Source: Octopus vulgaris (Eukaryota). From it: a stretch of DNA of 64,000 bases. The stretch lies in NCBI GenBank assembly GCA_951406725.2, contig OX597839.1, positions 9,052,001-9,116,000 of the forward strand, in the 5' to 3' direction. Positions 40,335 through 54,754 of the stretch are shown here, in pieces. Under the pieces are notes generated by a model that had not been told where the DNA came from, made no database searches, and was given only the letters and a program-made list of their open reading frames with translations. The translations under genes were made by a program, and so were the position numbers. Position 1 is the first letter of the stretch; each line of letters begins with the position of its first letter.

Positions 40335-40515
40335 ATAACCAGTTCCAAAATGCTTGTGACACATTTATTGTATTTTGTCAAGGAGAAAATTTCTCACTGT
40401 AGACAAATGGGTGTAAATACTTCATTTGTCTACAGCAAGAAATCTTCTCCATGACAAAACACAGTGAATGGCTTGTGGGTCTGAATACACCTCAAGTATA
40501 TTTGAGCTGGTAATA
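40335..40515. repeat. Small hairpin / fold-back element
   Basis: About 50-bp arms TTTTGTCAAGGAGAAAATTTCTCACTGTAGACAAATG / CATTTGTCTACAGCAAGAAATCTTCTCCATGACAAAA. Confidence 0.75.
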
Positions 40516-40706
40516 ACCTTCTAACTGACAACTGTATTGGACCACATCACCAAAAGTTGATCATTACTAAAAGTGCACAAACACGAGGGAGCTACAATTA
40601 AGGTTAAAGCTGATGGTAAATTAATCCTAACACCAACTACTAACTAGATAAGGAAGCTTCTATGCAGTTGCTTGACCAGCTAGAAATAGTAGCCAAATCT
40701 CTTTCA

Positions 40707-40746
<40 letters not shown>

Positions 40747-40858
40747 TTTTTCTATTCCTGAGCATTATACTAATACATCTGTTTGTTTTGTACACCACCT
40801 GTCTTCGTCTTTTGTTTTTTTCGTAAACTCTCACTACATATATATATATATGTGTATG

Positions 40859-40907
<49 letters not shown>

Positions 40908-40955
40908 CAATAAGTCAAGATAGAAAATGCTAAAATAATTTTATAAAGAACATTT

Positions 40956-40992
40956 CAGTACCGGTTTTGGTCATTTGAGACCTTTTCAACTG
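40956..40992 (-). ncRNA. Type I hammerhead motif with U3-A8 compensatory core, probably inactivated by G12A
   Basis: CAG-UUGAAAA-GGUC(UCAAAU)GACC-AAA-ACCGGU-A-CUG. Confidence 0.55.
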
Positions 40993-41148
40993 TAACAATT
41001 AAAAATTTAATTTAGAAAAATTAAGAGAAAAGTTTTTCTAAAAGAATATTTGTATATTATTCAAATATAAGTGGCATTTTCCTTGTTTCTGCCTTTCTCT
41101 GTCTCTCTTGTTTACTCTATATATGTTTACTATATATACACTCTTGTT

Positions 41149-41192
<44 letters not shown>

Positions 41193-41473
41193 ATATTAAA
41201 TTAGAGATAAAACCACTATTAGGCAAATCAAACAGTGAAAAACATAAGCCAATACATAAAATTAATTTAAAAATATAAAAGTTAAAAATTAAAAAATTAA
41301 TTAAATAATTTAAACTTATAAATTTTAAATATATATATATACAAATATATATATATATGTATGTATATGTATGTATACTTTTATATTTATATATTATTTT
41401 ATTTATTAATTAATTAATTTTTTTTTTTATATATAAATATCAAAAGTATTAAAAGTTTAATAAAAGATAAAGA

Positions 41474-41528
<55 letters not shown>

Positions 41529-42655
41529 CATTGGATAATATAGGCTTACATATGCCTAAAAAGATGGGAAGGACATGGACGGATGCCTTTGATTATAGCT
41601 TTGCTCAGTCAACACAGACTGGGCTGGAGTTAAACGACACACTAATAATTTCTCGATAGGAAAGAGTTAAGTAAGCACATGATTTTGCAGACATCCACAA
41701 ATAGCACCACTCTGGCCTGGCACACATACGTGGCCTGGCCTCCATTTGTCTGGCAGTCAGAGCTTTCTTCATCAACAAATGAGATAAACTACTTACTCTA
41801 TAAAACCACCCTTGGGGCAACAAACTTGTCTTTGATTTATTTAAAAGCATTTTACACACACACACACACAAACAAACACAAAGATATACAAACACAAAGA
41901 TATACAAGTAGTGATGTACACATACTCCGCATCCTCATATATACAAACATAAAACAGAACGTACAAAGAGAAAGGCATGTACTGACACAGACAAGCACAC
42001 TTTAATGTGATAGAAGGCATTAAAATACTTGAAAAGACCACTGCATGATATGAAGCGACAGGTAATAAGTGGTGCTGCCGAACAACAATGAAAATAATGG
42101 AAAATTTCTTTCAATTTTCGAGCTTTTTTTGAAAAAAAAAAAAAATCAATATACAAACATATATATATATATGCATGTTTGTACATGTGTTTTTGTGCAT
42201 GTATGTATGTATATGCATATGTGTGTGGACATATGTGTTTATGTGTTTATACGCATATATATACATACATGCATAAACATAAATATTTGTGAATACATGC
42301 ATATATACATATTACACATCACATAGAAAGAATCAATAAAATATGCATAGACATACATATACATCCATACTTCATACATGTGTGTGTGTGTATATACACA
42401 GAGACACACACATACATATATCTATATATATATATGTATATATATATATATACATACATATACACAGACACAGACACATACATATGTGTGTGTATATATA
42501 TGTATATATATATATATATATATACAGTGGCTGCTTTCTTGTATACAAGCAAAGCTATTGGTAGAAAGAATTACTAAAATGGGTCATTGATAATGCAATG
42601 TGAGGCCCTTATATGATGCTTGAGCCACCACCAAAGATTTTCACATTTTATTGTG

Positions 42656-42724
<69 letters not shown>

Positions 42725-43488
42725 CGGCTGTGTGGTAAGTAGGTTGTTTACCAACAACATGGTTTCGGGTTCAGTCCCACTGCGTGGCACCGTGGGCAAG
42801 TGTTTTCTAATATAGCTTCGGGCCGACCAAAGCCTTGTGAGTGGATTTGGTAGACGGAAACTGAAAGAAGCCCGTCGTATATATGTATATATATGTATGT
42901 GCGTGTATGCTTGTGTGTCTGTGTTTATCCCTCTAGCATTGCTTGACAACCGATGCTGGTGTGTTTATGTCCTCGTCACTTAGCGGTTCGGCAAAAGAGA
43001 CCGATAGAATAAGTACCGGGCTTACAAAGAATAAGTCCCGGGGTCGAGTTGCTCGATTAAAGGCGGTGCACCAGCATGGCCGCAGTCAAAATGACTGAAA
43101 CAAGTAAAAAGAGAAAAAGAGAGAAAGAGATATATATATATATATTTATTTATGTGCCCTTTTCAAGCCTAGCCAGGCTCATGGGCCCAGTTTCCCAGTT
43201 TCTGTGGCATATGTGTTCCCCACAGCTGGATGGGACGCCAGTCCATCGCAGCGTTACTCAAGAAACCGGAAGAAAGAGTGAGAGAAAGTTGGGACAAAAG
43301 AGTACAACAGGGGTTGCCACCACCCCCTGTCGGAGCCTCATGGAGCTTTAGGTATTTTCGCTCAATAAACACACACAACACCTGATCTGGAAATTCAAAC
43401 CGCAAACCTCTGACCGCAAGTTCGCTGCCCTAACCACTGGGCCCTTGCACCTCCACACAAATATATATATATATATATATAATATATG

Positions 43489-43545
<57 letters not shown>

Positions 43546-43550
<5 letters not shown>

Positions 43551-43590
43551 CTAAACTGGCAAAATGACTATTCCTAAATACAACAATATA
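43546..43590 (+). mobile_element. 45-bp solo fragment of the Penelope terminus inside (TA)n
   Basis: TATTGGCTAAACTGGCAAAATGACTATTCCTAAATACAACAATAT matches 28049-28093. Confidence 0.8.
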
Positions 43591-43595
43591 TATAA

Positions 43596-43637
<42 letters not shown>

Positions 43638-44481
43638 ACATATATATACTCACAAACACATTTAAATACTTACACATACATACAGTGAAACAATGATTGA
43701 GCTTCAACTCTTGTGTTCAGATCCTGACAATGTATATTCATAAATATATTAAGGCAGGATGGTCATGGTCGAACACTTTCAATCATAAGTCTGCTTCAAC
43801 AAGCACACACACACACACACACTTATGCGCCACACACACACACACACATAGGCACACACACACACACGTACATGCATATATACACGAGATGATTCTTACT
43901 TTTCTAGTCTTTGCTACAATACAAACACTTTAATCTTAAATACTCTCATTAAGAAAAGACCAAGAGTCTGCAAGGGCCTCGCTAAGAAAATAACTAAACT
44001 TACTACATTAACTAAATAAACAAACCGGCTGAACTTTATAATGAAGCCATGTCATAATACTTGTGGTGGAGGCGGAGAAACAGAGAGAAAGAGTCAGAGG
44101 TGGGAGAGAATAAGAAGGGGAAGAGGGGGAGGAGGAAGCAACAGAGCTTTTTCTGTGTCTAGTTTAGCTTAGTGTGTTGTTTAAGCTTTGCCTAGCCTTG
44201 CTCTAGCCTGACATATAATATCAAACACCCCGGGTTTAAGCCAAATACAAGGAAAAAACACGAGTAGATGCAACGCATGTATATATGCACACACCACGAA
44301 GGGAATATGAGCGTACCCATGCCCCTCCTCTTCCGTACGAAACAAAGTGTACACACACACACACAAACAAACACACAGACCATGTGTGGAAGAAAATATA
44401 AACCAACCTTTTTATGGAACAAAATGCACACAAGCTCCTTCATGAAACAAAACATAACCACACACCTCTTCAAGAAAAAGG

Positions 44482-44525
<44 letters not shown>

Positions 44526-44630
44526 ATGATATATATATATATATAATATAATATATCCATATAATATATATATAATATATACACAGTATATAATATATAT
44601 ATATAATATATACATATAATACAATATAAA

Positions 44631-44663
<33 letters not shown>

Positions 44664-45934
44664 TCACACACACACACATATATATATAATGTGTTCCCCA
44701 CCTGGACGGGACGCCAGTCAATCGCAGCGTTACTCAATTTTGCCAGCTGAGTGGACCGGAGCAACGTGAAATGAGGTGTTTTGCTCAAGAACACATTGCG
44801 TCACCTGGTCCAGGAATTGAAACCACAATCTTACGATCATGAAGCTGACACCCTAACCAGTAAGCCACGCGCCTCCACCCTAACAACAATAGAGATACAG
44901 AAATATTATGACACCCTAACCACTAAGCCATGTGCCTCCATATATATATATATATACAACAGGCTTCTTTCAGTTTCCCTCTACCAAATCCACTCACAAG
45001 GCTTTGGTCACTCCAAGACTATAGTAAAAGGCACTTGCGCAAGGTACCACACAGTGGGACTGAAGCCAGAACCATGTGGTTGGGAAGCAAGCTTCTTACC
45101 ACACAGCCACAATATATATATATATATATATATATATGACAGGCTTCTTTCAGTTTCCATCCAGCAAATCCTGAGGCTATATAAATGACAGTTGCCCAGT
45201 GTGCTGTGCAGTGGAACTGAACCTGAAACCATATGGTCTGGAAGCAAATTTCTTAACCACACAGCCATGCCCAGCACCTATTCATCCTTTAAAATTATGT
45301 AAGTGTCATGCAGTCTACTTTTATCCAAAGAACAGAGAATTGACAGAGCATAGAGGGAGGACAGAGTAAGTGTTTGTGAGTGTGTGTGTTGGTACAGTAC
45401 TCTGTAGGTCTAAATCTAATCTAAACAGACCAAATGTCACCAACTGTTAGGTAGCTTTCACCACATCCCCAACTGACATGCTCACAGACACAAACTCAAA
45501 CTTTTCCTTGTTTCCTTCAAAAGTGTGTGAGGGGAGAGTGGGGAATGACTGTCCTTGGAAATTGTTTTGTGATTGCTATTGTGTTTACTGTTTATTTTAA
45601 AAGCAATCACAGGAATTAAAAGAAGCAACCGTCATTACTATCAACATCATCATCGCCACACTACCACCACCACCACCACCACCACCACCACCACCACCAC
45701 CACTACCACCACCACCACCACCACCATCATCATCATCAATGTCAATGCTATCATATCAGCTTCATTGTCATGGAAACAGTAGGTAGGTTGATCTTACATA
45801 AAGTAAACAATAGCCTGGGGATGTAAATTAAACATTCCTAGTAAAACATGCATCATCATCGTCGTTGTCGTCATTGTCATCGGCAACATTATCATCACGA
45901 ACATCATCACAACCACTACCACTGTCATCGTCAA

Positions 45935-45982
<48 letters not shown>

Positions 45983-48900
45983 GGTCATCAGGTTGTTGTT
46001 TTTGTTAGATTTTTTTAGCAGTGGGGTAGGGTCCCATAAGCGAGATGTAAAGAATCTATGATCCCTTGTGATTTTAGAAAAACAAGCAGGGAGGGGGTGG
46101 GGATTAACTTTAATCTCAACAATGATAAAGCACTAAACTTTATCTGCACAACAGTCAATCTTCTTCTGCATCTTTTACTACTTATACTACTATTCACTCC
46201 CAGTGTTTTCCTTCTTTTATTTTCATTTATTTATCTTATTATTATTATTTTTTTTTTTGTCTTGGCTTGATACTTCTTCACCCATGACATTTCTCATTTA
46301 ACTAACACACTAAGACATGATCAAAGTAAACTGTCACACACACAAACACAAACACATACACATACACACTCTCTCACCCTCTCTCTCTCTCTTTCCCTCT
46401 CACCATTATACACACTCACGTCGAGACATAAACACTAAGTCACACTCACAAACACTCTGTCGGTGTCTTTTTACTCACACCTTGCTCATTCAGTTTTATT
46501 GCAGCTGTAATCCTATTTAATAGCAAACTCTTGAAATGATTTTTTTAACAGAGAAAATTCAGAGAGCTTTTACTTCTGTTGGTAACCAAACATCTCTCTC
46601 TCTCTCTCTCGTCAAGTGAAGGGATGGTTGCGTGATGCATGTGTATGAACTGTAATGCTGCATGGTAGCAAGACATGGGTCCCGAATGCAGATCGTGGCC
46701 GATCGTGGCCGTTTGCCAGCCTCGTCTGGCCCCCGTGCCGGTGGCATGTAAAAAGCACCATCCGATCATGGCCGTTTGCCAGCCTCATCTGGCCCCCGTG
46801 CCGGTGGCATGTAATAAGCACCATCCGATCATGGCCGTTTGCCAGCCTCGTCTGGCACCTGTGCAGGTGGCACGTAAAAAGCACCCACTACACTCACGGA
46901 GTGGTTGGCGTTAGGAAGGGCATCCAGCTGTAGAAACACTGCCAGATCAAATGGTATCAATATAAATGACAAAGGTTGGAGAGGAACAAAGGTGGTTGTG
47001 TGCCACTGGGAGTGCAATGGAATACTGGTGTAATGAGGGACAAGCTGGGCATAAGAGAAATTATATGCAGTGTGCAAGACAAGAGACTGCACTGGCTTAG
47101 TCAGGTGATGCAGAAGGATAAGGACAGTTGCATAAAGAAGTGCTGATCACTTAAAGTGGAGGGAAGATGGGAAGAGGGAGACCCAGAAAGTCATGGGATG
47201 AAGGTTTGAAGGCCATTCTCAAAATGCTGAACCTTACAAAGGAGATAACAGAGGACCAAGATATGTGGTGTATTGCTCTACATGAGAAGACCTGCATACC
47301 ACAGCATGACTGAGATCCTAGAACCAAGGTGTCATGTAAAAAGCACTGGTACTGGTGCCACTTAAAAAGCACCTGTGATGGCACCACATAAAAAGCACCT
47401 GTGATGGTGCCACATAAAAAGCACACAGTACACCCTGTGGAGTTGTTGGCATTAGGAAGGGCATTCAGCTGTAGAAACCAAGGCAAAACAGACTATGAAA
47501 TCTGGTGCATCCCCTGGCCTTACCAAATCCTGTCAAACCAGTCAACCCATGCCAGCATGGAAAACAGACATTAAATGACAATGATGATGGCCCTTATCAC
47601 TTTAGGTTCTGAGTTCAAATCCTATCAACATCTCTATTTTTCATCCTTGAAGGAGAGTCAATAAAACTAAGTACCACTTAAATAATGGTATCAATATAAA
47701 TGACAACACTTTTTCCCTAACATCAGTTGGGGACTCTATTACAACTGTATGTAACTGCAATTATTTTTAGTTAAGCCATTGCTTAATCAAAATCAAAATC
47801 AAAATCGATCAACATCAATGGAAATTGTAGCTGTCATACCAGTGCCGGTGGCATGTAAGAGAACAATCCAAACCAGCGCCACCCCAACTGGCCTTCGTGC
47901 CGGTGGCACATAAAATTTACCATCCGATTGTGGTCGTTTGCCAGCCTCGTCTGGCCCCCATGCCGGTGGCACGTAAAAAGCACCATCCGATTGTGGCTGT
48001 TGCCAGCCTCGTCTGGCACCTGTGCAGGTGACACGTAAAGAGCACCCACTATACTCACAGAGTGGTTGGCGTTAGGAAGGGCATCCAGCTGTAGAAACAC
48101 TGCCAAATCAAACTGGGCCTGGCGCAGCCTTCTGGCTTCCCAGACCCCAGTTGAACCGTCCAACCCATGCTAGCATGGAAAACGGATGTTAAACGATGAT
48201 GATGATCGCTGAGAAAGAGACGTTACAAGTGCGATTATGTGATATTTCTGCTAGCTGTGAGCAACACAGACTTGATATAATTAATAGCTCTAGTTAAGTA
48301 GAAGGTGGTAAAATATAATAATTTTAACATTCGTATAGGGGATGTGGGTATTTTTAAAATACCTCACAGAGTGACAATCATGCCCTGCATAGTTACACAA
48401 TGTCCCTTGGCATAGCACCTGTTCAGCCGTCCTGCCAGGGATATGGCAAAGTCACGGGATTACAGCATGGTGGATTGTAAAAAGGTAGCAGAAGAGCTCA
48501 ACTGAGCCAACAGTGCTTCTTACTCTTACTCTCTTTACTTGTTTCAGTCATTTGACTGCGGCCATGCTGGAGCACTGCCTTTAGTCGAGCAACTCGACCC
48601 CGGGACTTATTCTTTTGTAAGCCCAGTACTTATTCTATCGGTCTCTTTTGCCGAACCCCTAAGTGACGGGGACATAAACACACCAGCATCGGTTGTCAAG
48701 CAATGCTAGGGGGACAAACACAGACACGCACATATACATATATATACATAAATACGACGGGCTTCTTTCAGTTTCCATCTACCAAATCCACTCACAAGGC
48801 TTTGGTCGGCCCGAGGCTATAGTAGAAGACCCTTGTCCAAGGTGCCACCCTGTGGGACTGAACCCGGAACCATGTGGTTGGTAAGCAAGCTACTTACCAC

Positions 48901-49737
48901 ACAGCCACTCCTGCGCCTTTACATTGATGATGAGCAGAAGAATCCTTGAAAATCAACAGTAAGGATCCCCAATCTCTGTCAAGAGAGTAACTGCAATGCA
49001 TCAATAGGGGTGGCATCCACAGTTGTGTCATCACTATGACTCAAGTTCCCTGTTCAAATTCATGATAATGGAATTGGATGGCAACAGAGTCATGGGAATT
49101 CGTGAAAGCAGTGAAAAAAAAAGAAGTTAAGTCATAGCTGAGAAATAGGTAATACAAATGTGATTACATGATTATTTCTGCTAGCTGTAAGCAACATAGA
49201 CATGATGTAATTAACAGCTCTAGTTAAGTAGAAGGCGGTAAAATATACCAACGTAACATTCATTGGCCCTGGGCAACAGAAATGTTATATCGACTGACGG
49301 AATGAATACTAGGCTTTTAAAAACAAACGGGTGCTGGAGACAATTCGTTCGCTTTTATTTCTCTCTCTTTCTTTCTCTCTCTCTCTCTTCCCTTTATAAA
49401 TGACTTTGTAAGTCATTATAATTGCTCAGATTCTAATTCTTATTGTTTCACTTAAAACTAGGTAGACATTCACCATTCCTTTGCCTACTTCATTTGGCAT
49501 CAGGCAACCACATCTCATCACCCGTGTGTGCATGCCAAATCCTAAATTCAAAAACAGTGATTCAAATCAAAATTTGTAATCAAAGTTCAAGCCCTTCCCA
49601 TCCCCTACCTCTACATTAGCAAAGGGTTTTTATTTCTATGTTCTTTTTATATTTTAATACTGATTTCAGATACTGACTGCAGCCATGCTGGGATAATACC
49701 TTTCTAGGGTAGAGACACAGTTCAACACAGTAATTAC

Positions 49738-49791
<54 letters not shown>

Positions 49792-52618
49792 AACAAACAA
49801 CAGGTTTCTGCACAGTCTCCATCATCTCAACCAATTTCACTCACAAGATCAACTCAAGATTTCTGTGTAAGAAATTTGTCCAAAGTGCCACACAGTGAGC
49901 TTGATCCGAGAGTTATGTGGCCACAAACCTGCATAACCACATAGCTATGCTTCCTCCTATAATCAAATTAGTGACTGTATCTACATACTCAGCACTGGGG
50001 TGAAGGGAAAAGACCCACTTCGGTCATGAATGACCATGGGATTTCACCTAGGAAGCTACCTTCCAATGCACAAGTTTGGACAAGGTTGTTTATGGAAGAC
50101 CAGCAGTCACCCATGCACACCAGCCTCCCCTCTTCATGCCACCAATGTTGTCCAAGAGAAAGACAAAGGGCGATACAGCTTTAGAAACAATGCCAAAACT
50201 AATATTAAAGCTTGATGTTGTCCTCAGACTCACAAGATCCTGTCAAACAGTTCAACCCATGCCAGCATGGAAAGGAGGCATTAAATGGTGATGATGATAA
50301 TGAGATATAAATATACAATTCAATGACAGACTCCTAAGTAATTGATATTTTAAATATATATTTAATATGTATGTTTCAGGGAGTTATGTAACAACTATAG
50401 TTATCTACTTTCTTCAGGTCATTTCAAGCAAAATACATTGGAAGCTTCAAACTTGCAAATTTGTAGTAAGCTTTGAACACATTACTACAGCTTTGCCTTA
50501 TCTTAGTTAAAAGGAAGGGACAGTGCTCATGGTCTTCTTTCAGGACCTCTAAGCTTAGAAGAACTGGATTATCTGCAGATCCCTAATCCAGTCCAAAAAC
50601 ATTGTGATAGAACAGAATCCACTAAAAGCAACCAAGGGCAAGGTGCTTGTGTTAAACAGACCAACAAATAAGTTTACTAACAACTGTGACTAGTATCCAT
50701 AATTGTTAACTTCTGATTAAATTTCCTGCAGAGAAAAAAAAAAAGGCATTGGTGTTGGTGCCACAGCATGGTCACAGCTCATGGGCTAGAACCAGGAAAA
50801 TAAAAATAAAACTTAACGTAAAGTGTACTAGCCATCTGAATGTGGCTAGCCACTGGGGGTGGGTGTTACTGACGCTTTTAGCCCCAGGAGATCGACGTCA
50901 CCAGCTGGCCTTAGACACAATTTCTGTGCCCTTATGATATTTGCAAAGGGAGGTCATCATCCCCCGAAAACCTAAGTGATACATACGGACTATAGTTTCA
51001 AGGTTTTAGCCTCTCGTTCGGAGATTTATTAAAAATAAAAATAAAAACTAAAAAAGCCAATTTATCTTCCTAGTATTTTGACCAGTTCTTCCTTTTACGT
51101 AGCAGCATTTATTTACAATGAATTTGTCCAAACACCATTTACCAATTTGTCTCTTGACATTTATAAATAAAAGACTTGTTACTGATTACTCCTTCATAAA
51201 TTTCATTTAGGCTTAACCATGAAATACCATTCCTAACTCTTTAGCATTCACATTACTCTGTCAAATATAATGCTTGTTTATTCACATTGTTTTGAATTAA
51301 TCATGTTTTATGTCACAGCTTCAAGATTTCACTAATGTCATCATTATCATCATCATCGTTTAACGTCCGCTTTCCATGCTAGCATGGGTTGGATGGTTCA
51401 ACTGGGGTCTGGGAAGCCAGAAGGCTGCACCAGGCCCAGTCTGATCTGACAGTGTTTCTACAGCTGGATGCCCTTCCTAACACCAGCCACTCCGTGAGTG
51501 TAGTGGGTGCTTTTTTTTGGTTTTTTAATGTGGTTGTCTATTTTTTTTAAATGACACTGGAGGTAGGTGTGAAAGGTCGGATCTGGCTAGTTTGAACATA
51601 AAACAAATAGAATATTTTGGCAGGATATGGCTGGTTTAAATGCTAAAGGGTTAAAAGGTTATTTTCATTTTGATATTATTGTTATGGAAAAGTGATTTTA
51701 CGCAGGAATTAAAGGTTATTTATCATTACTACTTGTAGGTCTCTCCAGGAGTATGAATGAGGACAGTTACATAAAGTAGTGCAATCCCTTAAAATGGATG
51801 GAACTCTGGAAGTGTGAGACCCAGGAAAACATGGGATGAATTATTGAAGGCTGAGCTCAAAACGCTGATCTTTATGGAGGAGATGACAAAGGACGAAGAT
51901 GACTGGCATTTTACTCTGCTCGAGAAGACCTGCCCATTACAGCAAAAATGATATCCTAAAACCTAAAGCCAGCCACTCAGTTATGCTTGTATGTACAAGG
52001 CCCTGTACCCCACCCTTCAATTCCCTCTCCCTGGCACATCAAGCATTCCTCCCCCATCTTCATCCCCAACATCTATGGGAGGGGAATATAGTAGCTTTGA
52101 TACTCAGGTGAGTGTAGCAGCTACATAGTACCATAAAAAGGTTTAACAGCTGCTGTTTCTAGCATAAAGTGTGACCTTATAGAGGTAAAAAGAAGGTCTG
52201 CATAATATCTTCCCTCCCCCAATTATATGCCACTCTAGTACCTCACCACTAAAATCCAATTCATGCAGTACCACCCCTGTCCAAGTCCACCTAATGTACC
52301 TCAGCCTTTTGTCACCATGCCTATAGTTTTATTCTTTCCAACTGAAGAAAAAAAAACATCACAACATCACCAACACTTTACCCAAAGCTTCCCTTCCAGA
52401 ATTTCAACCAACTGACATCCCGCAACAATTTCCTCTGGGCTTTATTTATTTACTTATTTATTCATTCCATGTTGCAATTTGTTAACAATGGTGTCTTTGG
52501 TTACACGTTTCCTAAGAAACAATCACTGTAATTCTGGCACCAACACAGAAAGAGGAGTGTCACTGGTTTTTAATATCAGTTTCATGCTTATACACTTCGC
52601 CATTGTATCTTAGTACAA

Positions 52619-52655
<37 letters not shown>

Positions 52656-52708
52656 CACAAAATAGTTTTCCACAAAATTTCCATCTACCAAATTCCATAC
52701 ACTAAATA

Positions 52709-52934
52709 TTGGGTTGTCCAGAAAGTTCGTGCCGATTTTTAAAGGAAAGAAAAAGGTCAATAAATACCTGCCATTACAATTTTAATCAACCAAATATGAA
52801 CCATTTTGTTGCACAATGCGTCTCCATCTTTCCCTTAGCTTGAAAATACCCTCTTCCCAGAATTGAGGTGCCTGGGAGGGTAAGTTGAAAGGTAAGCTAC
52901 TATAAACTCGGCATGAACTTTCCGGACAACCCAA
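52709..52934 (-). mobile_element. Mariner MITE, deletion derivative of the family at 39845-40190
   Basis: TA-TTGGGTTGTCCAGAAAGTTCGTGCCGA...TCGGCATGAACTTTCCGGACAACCCAA-TA; body is the reverse complement of 40030-40190. Confidence 0.9.
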
Positions 52935-54447
52935 TATCTTCAAGCCTTTAGCAGTCACATTATTCTGCCATCATAATACATCTCGTTTTCCATGCTGGCA
53001 TGGGTTGGATGGTTTGACCAGAGGTGAGCTGGCAGAAACGTTAGCACGCTGGGCGAAATGCTGAGCGGTATTTCATCTGCCGCTACGTTCTGAGTTCAAA
53101 TTCCGCCGAGGTCGACTTTGCCTTTCATCCTTTTGGGGTCGATAAAATAAGTACCAGTTACGCACTGGGGTTGATATAATCGACTTAATCCGTTTGTCTG
53201 TCCTTGTTTGTCCTCTCTGTGTTTAGCCCCTTGTGAGTAGTAAAGAAATAGGTATTTGATCTGTCGCTACGTTCTGAGGTCAAATTCCACCAAGGTCGAC
53301 TTTGCCTTTCATCCTTTTGGGGTCGATTAAACAAGTACCAGTTACACACTGGTGTCAATATAATCGACTTAATCCGTTTGTCTGGCCTTGTTTATCCTCT
53401 CTGTGTTTAGCCCATTGTGAGTAGTAAAGAAATAGGTTTGACCAGAGCCAGTAAGGTCAGGGTCCCTGCACTAGGCTCCATTATTTGTTCTGGCATGATT
53501 TCTATGGCTGGATGCCCTTCCTAATGCCAACCTCTCCATAGAGTGTACTCAGTGCTTTTTATGTGACACCAGTGCTTAGTTATTCTCATCGTTTTGAATA
53601 AATTATGCATTATCTTGTAGCTTCAAGATTTTCATGAAGTAACTGTTAATTTTTAGAATGACATTGTAGGGTATGCCAGATCCGACCAGTTTAAGCATAA
53701 AATAAATATGTCAGGAAAAAACAAGTTGGAATGATTATGACCAGGATGCCTTTAATCACAGAATACACAGAATAGATTTCCTCCATCAGGACAGATGTAG
53801 ACCTAAGCTACATCCTGCTTTTTCGGATGATGGCATCGCAATATCCGAATAAACACAGCATATGCAATATACTATCATCACAAATGAAGAAAATAATCCT
53901 TTCTGTCAGAGTGATATTGTTGATAACATGACTGAATGCATCGCCAGTAGCCTGTGGTAATTCCTATATTCTATGATGAATAAATTTAGTTCTTTCCAAG
54001 CAAATGAACTATGTTCATGAAGATGGACTTAAATCTGTGTACTGTGTAGATGTTTTACATGTGTATAGACACACACACATATATATATCTATATGAGTAT
54101 ACATATTGATGTACATGCACACTCATACACACAAATGCACACGTATGTGCACAGACACACACACATACAAATATGTATAGAGCTAAGTCTAACAGTTAAC
54201 AGTTGTTCTAAAACATATATATATTTCTATGTGAAACATAAACTCACATAAGTGTAGTATTATGTTTATACAAGTATGTGTGTGTGTGTATAATATATAA
54301 ATATATGCATATATACATACATATATGTACATACCTACACATATATTTATATATAGAGAGAGAGTTTACGAAAAAAACAAAAGACGAAGACAGGTGGTGT
54401 ACAAAACAAACAGATGTATTAGTATAACGCTCAGGAATAGAAAAAGT

Positions 54448-54483
54448 CTTTTACGTTTCGAGCCTACGCTCTTCTACAGAAAA
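54448..54483 (-). ncRNA. Family H1 hammerhead motif (A6U variant), within element about 54358-54545
   Basis: UUUU-CUGUAGA-A-GAGC(GUAG)GCUC-GAA-ACGU-A-AAAG. Confidence 0.6.
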
Positions 54484-54715
54484 AACAAGGAGAGAAACAA
54501 GGAAAGAAAAAAATGTGTGTAGTGGCTAACAATCTATCATGGTGTCTGACTCATGAAAATATGCAGGACATCAAAAAAAACATTAAACACAATGAGAAAT
54601 GAAAACATAAAAACAAAAACATAGAAAACAAACTTTTTTTCGAACACCAAAAAAAGACAAATATATACACACACACACATTCGTGTATATGTTTGTGCAT
54701 ACACACACACACATG

Positions 54716-54754
<39 letters not shown>

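Noticed and set aside
41605-41907. Candidate upstream exon of the zinc-finger gene
   Set aside because: No recognisable protein similarity or convincing splice sites
44300-44352. Hammerhead-like GTAC...GTACGAAAC motif
   Set aside because: No NUGANNA core, no stem I and no valid NUH triplet
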